Virus record (IMG/VR): IMGVR_UViG_3300027749_000065
Span: 34,811-98,810 of that record
DNA from: a virus
DNA: 64,000 bases
Direction: 5' to 3' (one strand)
The translations under genes were made by a program, and so were the position numbers. Shown here in pieces: positions 18,501 to 28,732 of the stretch (positions are counted from its first letter, which is position 1; every line of letters starts with the position of its first letter). The notes under the pieces were generated by a model. It was not told where the DNA came from, did not search any database, and worked only from the letters and a program-made list of their open reading frames with translations.

Positions 18501-20339
18501 GTTAATATTGAAACATATGAACGTAAGGATCCCAGTACAAACAAACCTAATGGTAATGATCCTACACCAAATGATATTAAATTTAGAGAGATAATTATAC
18601 CAGGAGGTAAAAAAACAGTAAAAGAAAAACGAAAAATACCTATTGATATAATGAAAAGAATTATATCAAAAACATTAAACGAATCTTTTTATTTTAAAAA
18701 ATTGGAAGAAACAGACCCACTTGTTTTTTCATCATTAAGAGAAAAATTAAAATATTTTCACCCAGGGTTTCATTCAATGACACCAGAAGGTTTAAACAGT
18801 AGATTAACTTTTTTACACCAATGTATAAGACCTGGAGATACTTTACCAATTAAAGGAGTGAGTGATGATAGGGATTTAAATGCACGAAATACAACATTTG
18901 GACCTCCACCTATTTGTGTTATCAGAATTGGTGATTTTTATCATTCAAAAATCGTAATAGAATCTGTTGGTATAACATATGATGATAACGTATGGGATTT
19001 AAATCCAGAAGGTATTGGTATTCAACCAATGATTGCAAATGTAAATTTACAAGTTAAATTTATTGGTGGTCAAGGTTTAGAAAAACCTGTTGAAAGATTA
19101 CAAAATGCATTATCTTCTAATTTCTATGCAAATACTGAAATGTACGATGAAAGATCTCAGATAACAAATACAATGATGAATAATGGTGAGAAAACCACTA
19201 AAGAATTTACAAGAGAGTTTTTAGAAAAAATAAGAGGTAATAAAAATACAGAAGTAACGCCAAATACAACATCATCAAAAAATGAAATTAATACACAGCA
19301 GTATATTGGAATTACCGATAATAAAACAGATGATTTAACTGGTTTACTTGATGGTGATGGTGGATTATTTAATGCCACAGAAAAATATTATACAAATTAT
19401 AAGGTGATATATAATTCTTTATTAAAGAATTTTGGTCCTAAAGTAATAAGTGTTTTATTATCACCAAAATATAGAACAGTAAATACATATGAGGTATCGA
19501 CACCGACATCAACAACTAATATTAACTTATTTGGTAATTATAGTGATGGTGTTGATTCTAACACTTTAATTAATGATTTTGGGGATAGTTGTTTAAAAAC
19601 AATAAATAATATGACTGACTTATCTTCAATATTTGATTTCTCAAGTAGTGCGTTTAAAAACAAAGTAGGTTTAATTGCTGCATCGAATGACATTTTAAAG
19701 AAATATCTACCAACAATAACTAGTTCGAGAATAAAGAATGACTTAATTGCTGATACTGGTTGTAATGATTTTTTATCATTCAGAAACACATTGATTAAAT
19801 CGTTGGATAAAGTTAATTTTTTAGTTAAATATCACTACGATGGAAAGGTAGATAAAGAAGGTACAACCGGAAAAAAGAATACATTAGATGGATTTATGAT
19901 CGATGATTTTTATAATCAATATAGTAATGTTATTAATTACATAACAAATACTAATAGTTTATTATATGATAATTTAGATGATGGTATTGATTTTAATACA
20001 CCAGTAGTTAGTGAAAGTGATTTAAAATCAATTTTACAAGTATTATTAGTTAATGAAAAAAATAATATTTTAAATCTATATAAAGCACAACCTACGACAT
20101 TCCCAACAAAGGTAATTGATGATATTGAAGGTAATTTAAATGATTTTTTTAAACATCAACCAAAGTTGATAAACTTTAAATTTAAAAAATATCCAAAAAG
20201 AACAAATAGTAAAAAATTATCATATAATATTACGACTGAAGATTTAATTGTCGATCAGAATATGTTATCTGATCTAATTAAATTAAATTCATCAAGTAAT
20301 GTTGAAAAAAATAAATTAAATTTTTATAGAAAAAAATAA
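15564..20339 (+). CDS. Large baseplate/tube-initiator protein with OmpA-like motif
   Basis: WESNSFLGRPEPIYTYQNTERS (tube-initiator-like), PPICVIRIGD, and YNMALSVRRTDSI (OmpA-like N..LS..R). Confidence 0.55.
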   Translation: MPSYLDFNTTKVFRDAVINRTLKQPNGPQTFTSANYVVQGTNDFPDIYQGTVEDIRPSKLLLTQNSNIYKPTNYFINDTIGVLPRKSNLTLYPYFVSSKHNLIGIMTSGDDTTESELYRFAAHYIKTNSNGPVLSRVTQNLESATIGRFRLADALNGNTATALNILTGREPLIEPNYKVTVSNSLVGKAIDFVQTVAGTSLPFSTIPGDYLTDPRNPIHYRPTPSSELGKVVQDVTGAIGSLIGIQRRPKTTRKPSDLLIEHTSNGQLNRLYDLLSYSKYAPNYTTVARSQNSSKLFGFIDKVAQGIKNVLGTEAPAGKAYIGDDRSDNVINAMTDQFGRPVHSTYYLGLKFDPIQTNYFEGMKGLSEGGDIASKLTWYGINSRKNNKLGVNNANYKTSQESKILPTLSTNTNFREGSILSVTQEILNTMPPGGQSRTHVGNVIDQTSRVFKEGNKMLSRGSAIKYTEKFTGIESGVEYCRVWTKDRPYYTYADTMKRNANIRKMDGSVMGGASRVWNLNYGPISVNNKDFVGSTNLFPRTKSSNEPENFYAKKYMFSIENLAWRSSNKPGFTVQDLPVCERGNNGGRVMWFPPYDLKVQESNAARWESNSFLGRPEPIYTYQNTERSGTISFKVVVDHPSILNLLVNQELKNKSDEEADNYINAFFAGCKDLDLYELVQKYKTVSASDLELIIEYINNDKPNQDIVTENKIILEPIVQPEPDVKVDPSPIKVPPLLVHLRFQNDYPKIQVSDTASKDNYETYYKDISSDSFKTNTKNQLIDGITKIYNNSNDLKSINDRDILQLTPGDTLSNWTASTVSLLEKVFTSSETGYNDFKQRMSDLKNDLTSGLTGNIRIGITSSCSAVADNTYNMALSVRRTDSIIQEVLALISTGTQDSKLNISKADLPVKGDTDKIKEVVYTFKELGFSLNPDKTLTFTTHSKGETAESDFSGDCGKKNFYNTNLKIASHLAFGCRQSIVNIETYERKDPSTNKPNGNDPTPNDIKFREIIIPGGKKTVKEKRKIPIDIMKRIISKTLNESFYFKKLEETDPLVFSSLREKLKYFHPGFHSMTPEGLNSRLTFLHQCIRPGDTLPIKGVSDDRDLNARNTTFGPPPICVIRIGDFYHSKIVIESVGITYDDNVWDLNPEGIGIQPMIANVNLQVKFIGGQGLEKPVERLQNALSSNFYANTEMYDERSQITNTMMNNGEKTTKEFTREFLEKIRGNKNTEVTPNTTSSKNEINTQQYIGITDNKTDDLTGLLDGDGGLFNATEKYYTNYKVIYNSLLKNFGPKVISVLLSPKYRTVNTYEVSTPTSTTNINLFGNYSDGVDSNTLINDFGDSCLKTINNMTDLSSIFDFSSSAFKNKVGLIAASNDILKKYLPTITSSRIKNDLIADTGCNDFLSFRNTLIKSLDKVNFLVKYHYDGKVDKEGTTGKKNTLDGFMIDDFYNQYSNVINYITNTNSLLYDNLDDGIDFNTPVVSESDLKSILQVLLVNEKNNILNLYKAQPTTFPTKVIDDIEGNLNDFFKHQPKLINFKFKKYPKRTNSKKLSYNITTEDLIVDQNMLSDLIKLNSSSNVEKNKLNFYRKK

Positions 20340-20341
20340 AC

Positions 20342-20668
20342 ATGAGTAGAAATTATTTTAATAGATATCAATTTTTCGAAGAACAAGGAAGTTTTAGGAT
20401 TGTACCTGGTATAGAAATACCAATTAAAGGCACTGACAAATATCTACAATATAAAAAAGGTAAAGATAGGTTAGATAAAATTTCACAACAGTATTATCAA
20501 AGTCCAGTTTTTGGTTGGTTGATATTATTATCAAACCCAACCGCGGGAAGTATTGAATTTGAAATACCTGATAATTTCTTATTAAGAATACCAAACCCAT
20601 TAGTTACCACTTTACAAGATTACAAAAGTGCAGTAGATTTATACACATTATACTATGGCAATAAATAA
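20342..20668 (+). CDS. Baseplate wedge LysM-like protein (gp53-like)
   Basis: DRLDKISQQYY...WLILLSNP...LRIP. Confidence 0.8.
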   Translation: MSRNYFNRYQFFEEQGSFRIVPGIEIPIKGTDKYLQYKKGKDRLDKISQQYYQSPVFGWLILLSNPTAGSIEFEIPDNFLLRIPNPLVTTLQDYKSAVDLYTLYYGNK

Positions 20669-23600
20669 TTTAACAAATTCTGAAGAAATTTTAATAAAAG
20701 TAGATCAAAACAATTTAATTTGTATTGACCCAAATAGTGTTGTGGATAGTGATGGAAATGTACAACCAAGAGGAATACAACAAGAAAACTTAGTTATGTA
20801 TGTTAATCTTGAGGCTGATTTAGTACCAAGAACAACTTTAATTAATAATGACAACAAAAATACTATGGTTAGTATTGCTGGTGGTCAATTAAATTTCATG
20901 AGAAATCAAAATGGTCAAGATTTTGATAGTACTTGGACTGACACATATACACCATATACCAACGAATCGTATGGAAGTCAAAATAAAATGTCGGAAAATG
21001 AAAATGGTATTAACCCACATTTACAACAAAAATGGTACGATACCTCAGCACAATCTTTTGGTATTGATAGTGTAAATATTACCATTAATTCTGCTGCGAT
21101 TCCTAGAGTTAGTATTATGTTTATTGATGTTAGAGGTAAAACAATGTTTGAATCTCCTGAGAATTCACCATATAAAACATTTTTTCATGTACCTTGGCCA
21201 ATATTTTATTTAACAGTTAAGGGATTTTATGGAAAGGCAATTAGATATAGATTACATTTAGTTAAATTTTCTTCAAAATATAATGAAAGTAATGGTAATT
21301 TTGAAATATCAACAGATTTTGTTGGGTCAACATTTGCATATTTGAGTGATATACCTTTAAAAGGTATTCTTAATGCTCCTTATATGTTTTCAAGTGAAAG
21401 TACCACAAAACCTGTTTTTAACCCAAGTACAAAGACATATGATAAAAAGGTTTCTAAAACGGCAAGAGGATATTCAATATTAAAATCAGTATATGCTGAA
21501 TATAAACAAAAAGGTTATCTACCAGAAGATTTCCCTGTTAAAACATTAAGAGAGATTGCTGTTGTTGCCCAAACATTAGATAAACTATTTGAATCCGAAA
21601 TATTATCAGAAGTTGTAAATGTTGAAATTTTTAAGGTATTAAAAGAAATGGGTGATACAATTCTTGCATTTGATAATGATGTCAAAACATGGGCAAGAAC
21701 CACCTTATCAACACAAAAAGAACTAAAAAATGGTGATGATTATTATTACCTTTTGGGTACAGTATCTGACAAAACAAGTTCGGCAAAAATAATTGGTACA
21801 ACAACAACAAATACTTTAGAATCTATTATAACAAAATATAATAAACAACTAAAAGAGACACAAACACTTGCAAATAAAATAAAACTAACAAGCAAAAATA
21901 AAATAGATTTAACTAAAGTTAATGTTAAATTAATTGGTGAAATTTCTAATTATTATATACAAGTTGGTACAAATTATTTAGTTGCGATTGATAAATTATA
22001 TAATCAAATACAAGAAATACACAGAACATTTGAGGAACAAAGGGTTAAATTTGAAAATATCATTGAAGAAAAGATGAATGATATTGTTAAAGACCCTAAA
22101 AAGGGTATTGGATTTTCACCGACTGTTAAAAATATATTCGCTGTTTTATTGGCAAATGCTGAGGTTTTCATTAGATTAATGAAACAAACGCATGCTTCTG
22201 CTTTTGATGTATCTGAAAAAAGAAAAAATTTAATAAGTAATTTTTCAACAGAAACAATTGGTGAAAATATATATCCGTGGCCAGAAATAAAAAAACAAAT
22301 TAATAACGATCAAAAAGTACCAGTTTATCCGGGTAATCCTGACATGATTTCTAAACTTAAATCTGATGATAGTACTTTATGGCCTGAAGTAAATTTTGTT
22401 GAAAATTTTCATGGCACTGCAACACAAAAATACGATCCATTGGGTGAAAAAGAAGGTGGTGTAAATCAGATTAATTATATTTTTGATTCTAATTCATCTG
22501 AATACAATTCAAGTAAAATTGGTTCTATATCTTATTTAAATAAAAATATACCATATAGTGAACAAATACCGACATCAATATTGTATGAGATTTATGAAAG
22601 AGCATATAATTATACTTTTTTTGATTCGTTTAATACTAACACCTTAACAGAGTTAGCTAAAATTGAATTTGAAAATTTATCAAAATCAATAAAAGAAAAT
22701 GATGAAATTACAGTTCTTCTACATGATAAAATAATAAATAGAAATACGTTACTAACATATTTAAATACTTATTCACCATTACAGAGGTATCCATATTATC
22801 AAGATAATTTACCTACAACAGATTATTTGGTAAATGCAATTAGTAAACCATTTAAAATTGAACAATATATACCACATAGTGGTATAAGTACAGATTATCA
22901 ATATCCAAAGTTAAATGAAAATTTATTAAACTATACCGTTGATGACGATAGAAAATATATTTATCCGTTTAGTTCTGATTTATATCTTTCATATCAAAAC
23001 ATTTCAAAAAATAATTACCAAACAAACAATATTTCAATAGATGGTAATTTACAAGTCGATACATTAAACGGTTTTATTTGTTCACCTAAAAAACCAAAAA
23101 ATTGGGTTAAAATTGGTAATAATAGTGGATATACTGAAAATTTATTTAGTCAAAAATTATTAATAGGGTATAGTCAAGTTAATATTTTAAACACACCATA
23201 TTTTCATAAACAACTTTATAATGATTTTAATAATGGAGTTAATTATGGAAAGTATGCTGGTTCTGCATATTTGTTATTAAATTCATTACCATTTTATGAT
23301 TTAGAAGATAAGTTAAATTTTAATATTAATAAAAGTAGTATCAATATGGCAACATTATTCAAAGAGGTTGGTGCTACTCATATGATACCATATCACTTAA
23401 TTGTTAAATGGGGTTCAATATATCATAGATATAAAAATTATTTATTAAATGGGGTTGATATTTTAGATGGGTTTTTAACAACAGGTAATACCACAACAGT
23501 AGTACCGGGAAAAACATTTTTTAATTATAACCAAACAGGATCAACATTTACATCGTACACTATATCAAATATCGATATAGTGTATTCAGGAAGTACATCA

Positions 23601-26456
23601 GACCTTGGAGTACATCCGTATTATGATGCCATTTATCATAATATTGTTAACAATTATGCACATTATGACATTACGACTGGTAATACATCATTTAATTCAA
23701 ATGTAACAAGTAACATAATAAATGGTAGTTATAAAATAAATGACAGTAAAAGATATTGGACAAGTTTTGTTGATAATTCTAAATTTGATAGTGAAGATAA
23801 AAGATACACTTTTTTACCATCTAGCGGAGGTAATGACATAACTAGTAAAATTTTTTCAAAAGGATATTTTACACCAAAAACAGAAATAAATACTGAATCA
23901 TTTTATGATGCGGAACAAACAAATTTAAGATTAATTTGGTCAGATGAAATTTTGGATGTGACAAATGAATTTAGTGGAAAAACTTTTCCATCATATGGGC
24001 AATATAATAGAACATATAATAGTGGAAATACAAATGATAATTTATATAGTATTAATACAAATTTTAGAAAAGTTATTGATTTAATTGGTACGTTTAGTCC
24101 TTTAATACTTGATGACTTTGAAAGTATTTTTTTAGAATTCGCAACAGAAAAAATTAATTCTTTAGCGCCATTTATTAGATTTAATAAAGTAAATTATTAT
24201 AAATTCCAAGATTTATTAAAAGATATTGTTTCAGTTACAAAAAATGATGGAGATAGTAATTTAAGTATTGATGATTTGATAACACAATTAAAAACAAGAC
24301 AAGTTACCAATTTAAAAGAAATTACTAATAAAATACTTTCTACTGAAAATTTATTATCTTTCACAATTACAAATCCAAAAGAAATAAATCCATACATGTT
24401 TGAAGGTTTTATTTTAGGAACAACTGGTAATACCTTTACTTATTTACCGTTTAATATCAGTCAAGTAACACCAATAAATTTAGAGGCAATTAAATTATAT
24501 ATTGGTGAAGATATAGATAATTATTATGTTAATTTCTTTAGTGTTAATAATGTGGAATTAAATATAGAAAATATTAAAATATTTAGACCATTAATATTAT
24601 CATACGCTGGTTATGTTAATAATGGTAATGTAAATAATAGTATAAGTTTTAAAAATTATTTGGCGAATAATATATATGGTAAGAGTGCGGTAATACCAAA
24701 AAGTATGGGTTTCACTAATAGATTAAATTTTTTCTTAGATGTATTAATACCTCAATTTAAAAACTTATTAACTAGTACAACAAATAAAAGAATTGATATA
24801 ACTGGTGGTTATAATATTGATGGTTTAAAATTAGAACTTTATAATTATTTTAAATCATTAAACGATAAATGGATTGCGGGTAATTCTATTGGTCAAAGAA
24901 ATTTAATTGAAGAATTTTTATTTTTAGATAGGGCAAATAGAGATATTGGAGATAGGTTTTATTTAAATTTAGAAAGAATAAGTAATTTAATGGATGATAA
25001 AAATATTAACCAAACATTGTATAGTGCGATTTCAATTTTAATTCAAGATTCAGGATTAGATATGAGAGCGTTACCAGCATATGTTAATTTTTATGGTACA
25101 AATTTTTCAAATGTAAGTAAAATCACACCATCTAAAAATGTGGCTAAAAACTTATTTGGTACATTTTTAGAAGTTGATTATCAAGAATCTTCACCAAAAA
25201 TAATAATTCAATTAGTTTCAGGAGCATCAAAACATCCATCAGATATGGATAAAAAGGTTTATAAGTTTGCCGATGATAGTTTTAATATTTCGAATATTAA
25301 TAATAATCCATTAATTGTAACATTACCAGAAGTGTATTCACCAGGTGTGTTAGCAAAATCAAATAAAGTTGTTGCATTTGAAGTTAGTTTTGGTGATGAA
25401 AACCAAGGTATATTTAAAGGTCTAACACTTAACCAAGATAGTTTAAAGAATACTACCGAGGCATTTATGGTTATGGAAAATTTAGGTAGATCTGAATCAG
25501 GAGCAGGAACATATAATGTAGATGTTGGTTTATTTGAGTATTATAGACAAGCATCATATACTGTTACTGTTACATGTATGGGTAATGTAATGATACAACC
25601 AACAATGTATTTCTATTTAAAGAATATCCCTATGTTTAAGGGGTCTTATTGGGTTATGGATGTTAGTCATTCAATTAAAAATAATTCAATAACTACAACC
25701 TTTAAAGGGGTAAGAATGCCAGTCTCACCGTTTCCAGATCCTAAAGACTCATTTTTATCATCTTATAGAACATTATTCGATAAAATTAAAAATGTTGCAG
25801 TAAGTAAAGTTAAAGAAACAGACTTAAAAAATACAACAACAACTATTAATGTAACAACCAATCATGGTAATTTTAAAACAGATCCTGGCACATTGTTAAA
25901 ATCAGAAACAATCAATATGATTATGAATTTAGATGCTGGTGCGAACGCATTTGGTGTACATTATAATGGAGATGAAAATGTAGACACAACAGTTCAAAGG
26001 ATTAAATTTACAAATAATCCAGATGAAATATGGTTAAGAACAAGGGTAGTTAAAATGGGTGGAGCAAAATATGATGTAAAAGATAATAATGAAATGCAAT
26101 TAATCAGTTTATTGGACGCTAACCTCAGAGCGATAAATCCTAGAAAATTACCTTGGTCTGAGGTTAAAAATACTGGACAATATTTCTTTGCGTGTAAATT
26201 TGATTTACATTATACAACTCCAGATTATATTGCTGCAGCGACCACAACATTTTATAATCCAAATACAAAAGGTGATATATTTATATTACAACCTAATTAT
26301 CAATTAGATAAAAATAACGGTAAAATACAAGTTCAAGGGGCAATTGATATTATACCAAATAGTTTAAGTTATGGTATGGTCATGTCAGGTGAACTAATGA
26401 GAAAACTGAATTTACATGATAATGATGTAGTATATTTCAAAATGGAAAAAAAATAA
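20655..26456 (+). CDS. Large baseplate hub protein (gp27/VgrG-like C-terminal region)
   Basis: 1933 aa; VTCMGNVMIQPTMYFYL...GSYWVMDVSHSI motif; follows the LysM gene. Confidence 0.55.
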   Translation: MAINNLTNSEEILIKVDQNNLICIDPNSVVDSDGNVQPRGIQQENLVMYVNLEADLVPRTTLINNDNKNTMVSIAGGQLNFMRNQNGQDFDSTWTDTYTPYTNESYGSQNKMSENENGINPHLQQKWYDTSAQSFGIDSVNITINSAAIPRVSIMFIDVRGKTMFESPENSPYKTFFHVPWPIFYLTVKGFYGKAIRYRLHLVKFSSKYNESNGNFEISTDFVGSTFAYLSDIPLKGILNAPYMFSSESTTKPVFNPSTKTYDKKVSKTARGYSILKSVYAEYKQKGYLPEDFPVKTLREIAVVAQTLDKLFESEILSEVVNVEIFKVLKEMGDTILAFDNDVKTWARTTLSTQKELKNGDDYYYLLGTVSDKTSSAKIIGTTTTNTLESIITKYNKQLKETQTLANKIKLTSKNKIDLTKVNVKLIGEISNYYIQVGTNYLVAIDKLYNQIQEIHRTFEEQRVKFENIIEEKMNDIVKDPKKGIGFSPTVKNIFAVLLANAEVFIRLMKQTHASAFDVSEKRKNLISNFSTETIGENIYPWPEIKKQINNDQKVPVYPGNPDMISKLKSDDSTLWPEVNFVENFHGTATQKYDPLGEKEGGVNQINYIFDSNSSEYNSSKIGSISYLNKNIPYSEQIPTSILYEIYERAYNYTFFDSFNTNTLTELAKIEFENLSKSIKENDEITVLLHDKIINRNTLLTYLNTYSPLQRYPYYQDNLPTTDYLVNAISKPFKIEQYIPHSGISTDYQYPKLNENLLNYTVDDDRKYIYPFSSDLYLSYQNISKNNYQTNNISIDGNLQVDTLNGFICSPKKPKNWVKIGNNSGYTENLFSQKLLIGYSQVNILNTPYFHKQLYNDFNNGVNYGKYAGSAYLLLNSLPFYDLEDKLNFNINKSSINMATLFKEVGATHMIPYHLIVKWGSIYHRYKNYLLNGVDILDGFLTTGNTTTVVPGKTFFNYNQTGSTFTSYTISNIDIVYSGSTSDLGVHPYYDAIYHNIVNNYAHYDITTGNTSFNSNVTSNIINGSYKINDSKRYWTSFVDNSKFDSEDKRYTFLPSSGGNDITSKIFSKGYFTPKTEINTESFYDAEQTNLRLIWSDEILDVTNEFSGKTFPSYGQYNRTYNSGNTNDNLYSINTNFRKVIDLIGTFSPLILDDFESIFLEFATEKINSLAPFIRFNKVNYYKFQDLLKDIVSVTKNDGDSNLSIDDLITQLKTRQVTNLKEITNKILSTENLLSFTITNPKEINPYMFEGFILGTTGNTFTYLPFNISQVTPINLEAIKLYIGEDIDNYYVNFFSVNNVELNIENIKIFRPLILSYAGYVNNGNVNNSISFKNYLANNIYGKSAVIPKSMGFTNRLNFFLDVLIPQFKNLLTSTTNKRIDITGGYNIDGLKLELYNYFKSLNDKWIAGNSIGQRNLIEEFLFLDRANRDIGDRFYLNLERISNLMDDKNINQTLYSAISILIQDSGLDMRALPAYVNFYGTNFSNVSKITPSKNVAKNLFGTFLEVDYQESSPKIIIQLVSGASKHPSDMDKKVYKFADDSFNISNINNNPLIVTLPEVYSPGVLAKSNKVVAFEVSFGDENQGIFKGLTLNQDSLKNTTEAFMVMENLGRSESGAGTYNVDVGLFEYYRQASYTVTVTCMGNVMIQPTMYFYLKNIPMFKGSYWVMDVSHSIKNNSITTTFKGVRMPVSPFPDPKDSFLSSYRTLFDKIKNVAVSKVKETDLKNTTTTINVTTNHGNFKTDPGTLLKSETINMIMNLDAGANAFGVHYNGDENVDTTVQRIKFTNNPDEIWLRTRVVKMGGAKYDVKDNNEMQLISLLDANLRAINPRKLPWSEVKNTGQYFFACKFDLHYTTPDYIAAATTTFYNPNTKGDIFILQPNYQLDKNNGKIQVQGAIDIIPNSLSYGMVMSGELMRKLNLHDNDVVYFKMEKK

Positions 26457-26493
26457 TTTTATTCAATTTTTGAGATATTTATAATAAAACATT

Positions 26494-26697
26494 ATGGATA
26501 ATAATAAATTAAACAATTCATTAGATAAATTTTTAAACCCAAATGTGGTTAATAGTTTTTCTAATAATGGAAAAGAACAAGAAGTTTGTGATTTACAAAC
26601 TGGAGAATGTTATACAATAAAATCTAAAGACGGTATCGTTGAAAGAATAAATAAAAGATTCATTACCGAAGACGGTAGACAATTATTACAAGACTAA
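26494..26697 (+). CDS. Hypothetical protein
   Basis: 67 aa ORF preceded by TATTTAT. Confidence 0.65.
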   Translation: MDNNKLNNSLDKFLNPNVVNSFSNNGKEQEVCDLQTGECYTIKSKDGIVERINKRFITEDGRQLLQD

Positions 26698-26702
26698 TTA
26701 CT

Positions 26703-27353
26703 ATGTTAGAGAAACAATTACACGAAGAATTATTGCGTTACAGAGAAATCAATAATTACGGAAAAAGATTTATAAATGAACAAGCAGACCCAACTGAATT
26801 ACCACCAGCACCAGGTGGAGACGTACCTCCTACAGGAGATGTTCCACCACCAATAGGAGATACCACAGTACCACCAACAGGGGATGTAGGAGCACCACCG
26901 ACAGATACACCTCTACCTGAAGAAGATTCAACAGAAGAGATTGATATTACTGACTTAGTTAATATGACTAAAAATATTAAAAAAGATATTGATACAAGTA
27001 AACAAGATCATGGTTCGGTTATATCTAAAATGGATGATGTATTTACTAAACTAGATGACTTAGCAGCAAAATTATCTGAAATGGATGCGGTTATTCAAAA
27101 AATTGATCAATTAGGTGATGAGGTTAAACAAATGAAACCTGAAACTCCAATTGAAAAATTAGAAATGAGATCATTAGATTCATACCCATTCAGTCAAAAA
27201 CCAACTGATTTCTTTAATCAGAAACAATCTGAAATGAAAGCAAGTGGTAAAAATGAATACATATTAAGAAAAGACGATATTAGTAACTATTCTAAAAACA
27301 CAATAAAAGATACATTTAACCAAGAAAACGAAGACGATGAATATAGGTTCTAA
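26703..27353 (+). CDS. Hypothetical protein with Pro-rich repeats and coiled coil (possible head-internal/scaffold protein)
   Basis: GDVPP repeats after INEQ, followed by a heptad-rich segment. Confidence 0.5.
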   Translation: MLEKQLHEELLRYREINNYGKRFINEQADPTELPPAPGGDVPPTGDVPPPIGDTTVPPTGDVGAPPTDTPLPEEDSTEEIDITDLVNMTKNIKKDIDTSKQDHGSVISKMDDVFTKLDDLAAKLSEMDAVIQKIDQLGDEVKQMKPETPIEKLEMRSLDSYPFSQKPTDFFNQKQSEMKASGKNEYILRKDDISNYSKNTIKDTFNQENEDDEYRF

Positions 27354-27708
27354 AGTGAAATTCTTCATGGAAATTCATGCACAATTTAAAATTAACCATT
27401 GGCAAACTAAAGGATTTGCAAGACACGAGGCATTTGGCAATATCTATATGGAACTTATTGAATTGATTGATAGGTTTGTTGAGGAGGCCATGGGTAAATA
27501 CGGTAGATTTACATTAGAAGGTGATGATCAGACACTTGAATTAAAAAATTTAAGTGAGATTGATGTTAAATCAATGATTAAGACTATCAGAGAAGCACTA
27601 ATACAATTTACCGATGAATTTGACGAGACGGATACTAACTTATTAAATATCCGTGACGAAATGTTAGGAGAAGTCAATAAGTTGAGTTATTTGTTAACAT
27701 TAGAGTAA
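27337..27708 (+). CDS. Dps/ferritin-like four-helix protein
   Basis: HWQTKGFARHEAFGNIY...DRFVE motif. Confidence 0.7.
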   Translation: MNIGSKVKFFMEIHAQFKINHWQTKGFARHEAFGNIYMELIELIDRFVEEAMGKYGRFTLEGDDQTLELKNLSEIDVKSMIKTIREALIQFTDEFDETDTNLLNIRDEMLGEVNKLSYLLTLE

Positions 27709-27765
27709 GAGAAACTTTATTTTTAGAAAACTATTATTACATTTTTTTTATTGATTTTATTTTAC

Positions 27766-27773
27766 TATATTTG
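27766..27773 (+). promoter_or_regulatory. Bacteroidota -7 element upstream of the replication cluster
   Basis: TATATTTG 30 nt upstream of the SSB ATG; no well-spaced -33 element. Confidence 0.45.
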
Positions 27774-27803
27774 ATTTATTAGAAACATTTTTAAACAATA
27801 ATT

Positions 27804-28649
27804 ATGAGTACATTTGACGCGGTACTGGCACAGTACGAAAAAAACAAGAACGGTTCTTACAATGGAGTCCCACAGATGTCTGAAGCAGACAGATTAAAAA
27901 AGTATTTCAACACGGTTTTACCGAAAGGACAAACCACTGGTGAAAAAAGAATCAGAATCCTACCTACTAAGGACGGTTCAACACCATTCGTTGAAGCTTA
28001 TTTTCACGAAATTTTTGTAGATGGAAAGAAAGTAAAACTTTACGACCCAAAACAAGATGGTAAACGTTCTCCTTTAAACGAAGTAAAGGAAGGTCTATTA
28101 ATGACCAAAAGACAAGAAGACAATTTATTGGCGAGACAATATACTTCTAAGAAGTTTTATATTGTTAAAGTTATCGACAGAGATAACGAAGCAGACGGTC
28201 CTAAGTTTTGGAGATTTAAACACGCTTCAAAAGGAGACGGAATCTTAGATAAGATTGTTCCAATTTGGAGAAACAGAGGAAATCTTACAGATGTTAATGA
28301 AGGTCGTGATTTAACACTTTCATTATCACTTTTAAAATCAAATACTGGTGGTGAGTACACCGCAGTATCATCTATCATTCCTGAAGATAAAGCACCATTA
28401 CATACTGATCAGTTAATTGCTGATAAATGGATAAATGATGAAATGACATGGGATAGTGCTTATGCAAAAAAATCTGAGGATTATTTAGATTTAGTTGCCA
28501 ATGGTGAAACACCAAAGTGGGATGCTGATTTGAAGAAATACGTTTCAATGAACGTATCTGAAGAAACAATTGGTACACCAAAAACACAAACACCAAAAAT
28601 TGTTGACCCACAAGAAGACGATGAACCCTCAGATGATCTTCCGTTCTAA
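27804..28649 (+). CDS. Single-stranded DNA-binding protein (gp32-like)
   Basis: RIRILP, VIDRD...GPKFW, GRDL motifs; acidic tail ending DDLPF. Confidence 0.85.
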   Translation: MSTFDAVLAQYEKNKNGSYNGVPQMSEADRLKKYFNTVLPKGQTTGEKRIRILPTKDGSTPFVEAYFHEIFVDGKKVKLYDPKQDGKRSPLNEVKEGLLMTKRQEDNLLARQYTSKKFYIVKVIDRDNEADGPKFWRFKHASKGDGILDKIVPIWRNRGNLTDVNEGRDLTLSLSLLKSNTGGEYTAVSSIIPEDKAPLHTDQLIADKWINDEMTWDSAYAKKSEDYLDLVANGETPKWDADLKKYVSMNVSEETIGTPKTQTPKIVDPQEDDEPSDDLPF

Positions 28650-28669
28650 TTAAAAAAATAATAAACTTT

Positions 28670-28720
28670 ATGGCATGGACTTATTTATTATATCAATAAT
28701 ATGGTCTGTGCCATTTTTTT
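28670..28720 (+). terminator. Long hairpin plus T run between SSB and recombinase genes
   Basis: ATGGCATGGAC...GTCTGTGCCAT-TTTTTT. Confidence 0.5.
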
Positions 28721-28732
28721 CAAACAAAGAAA

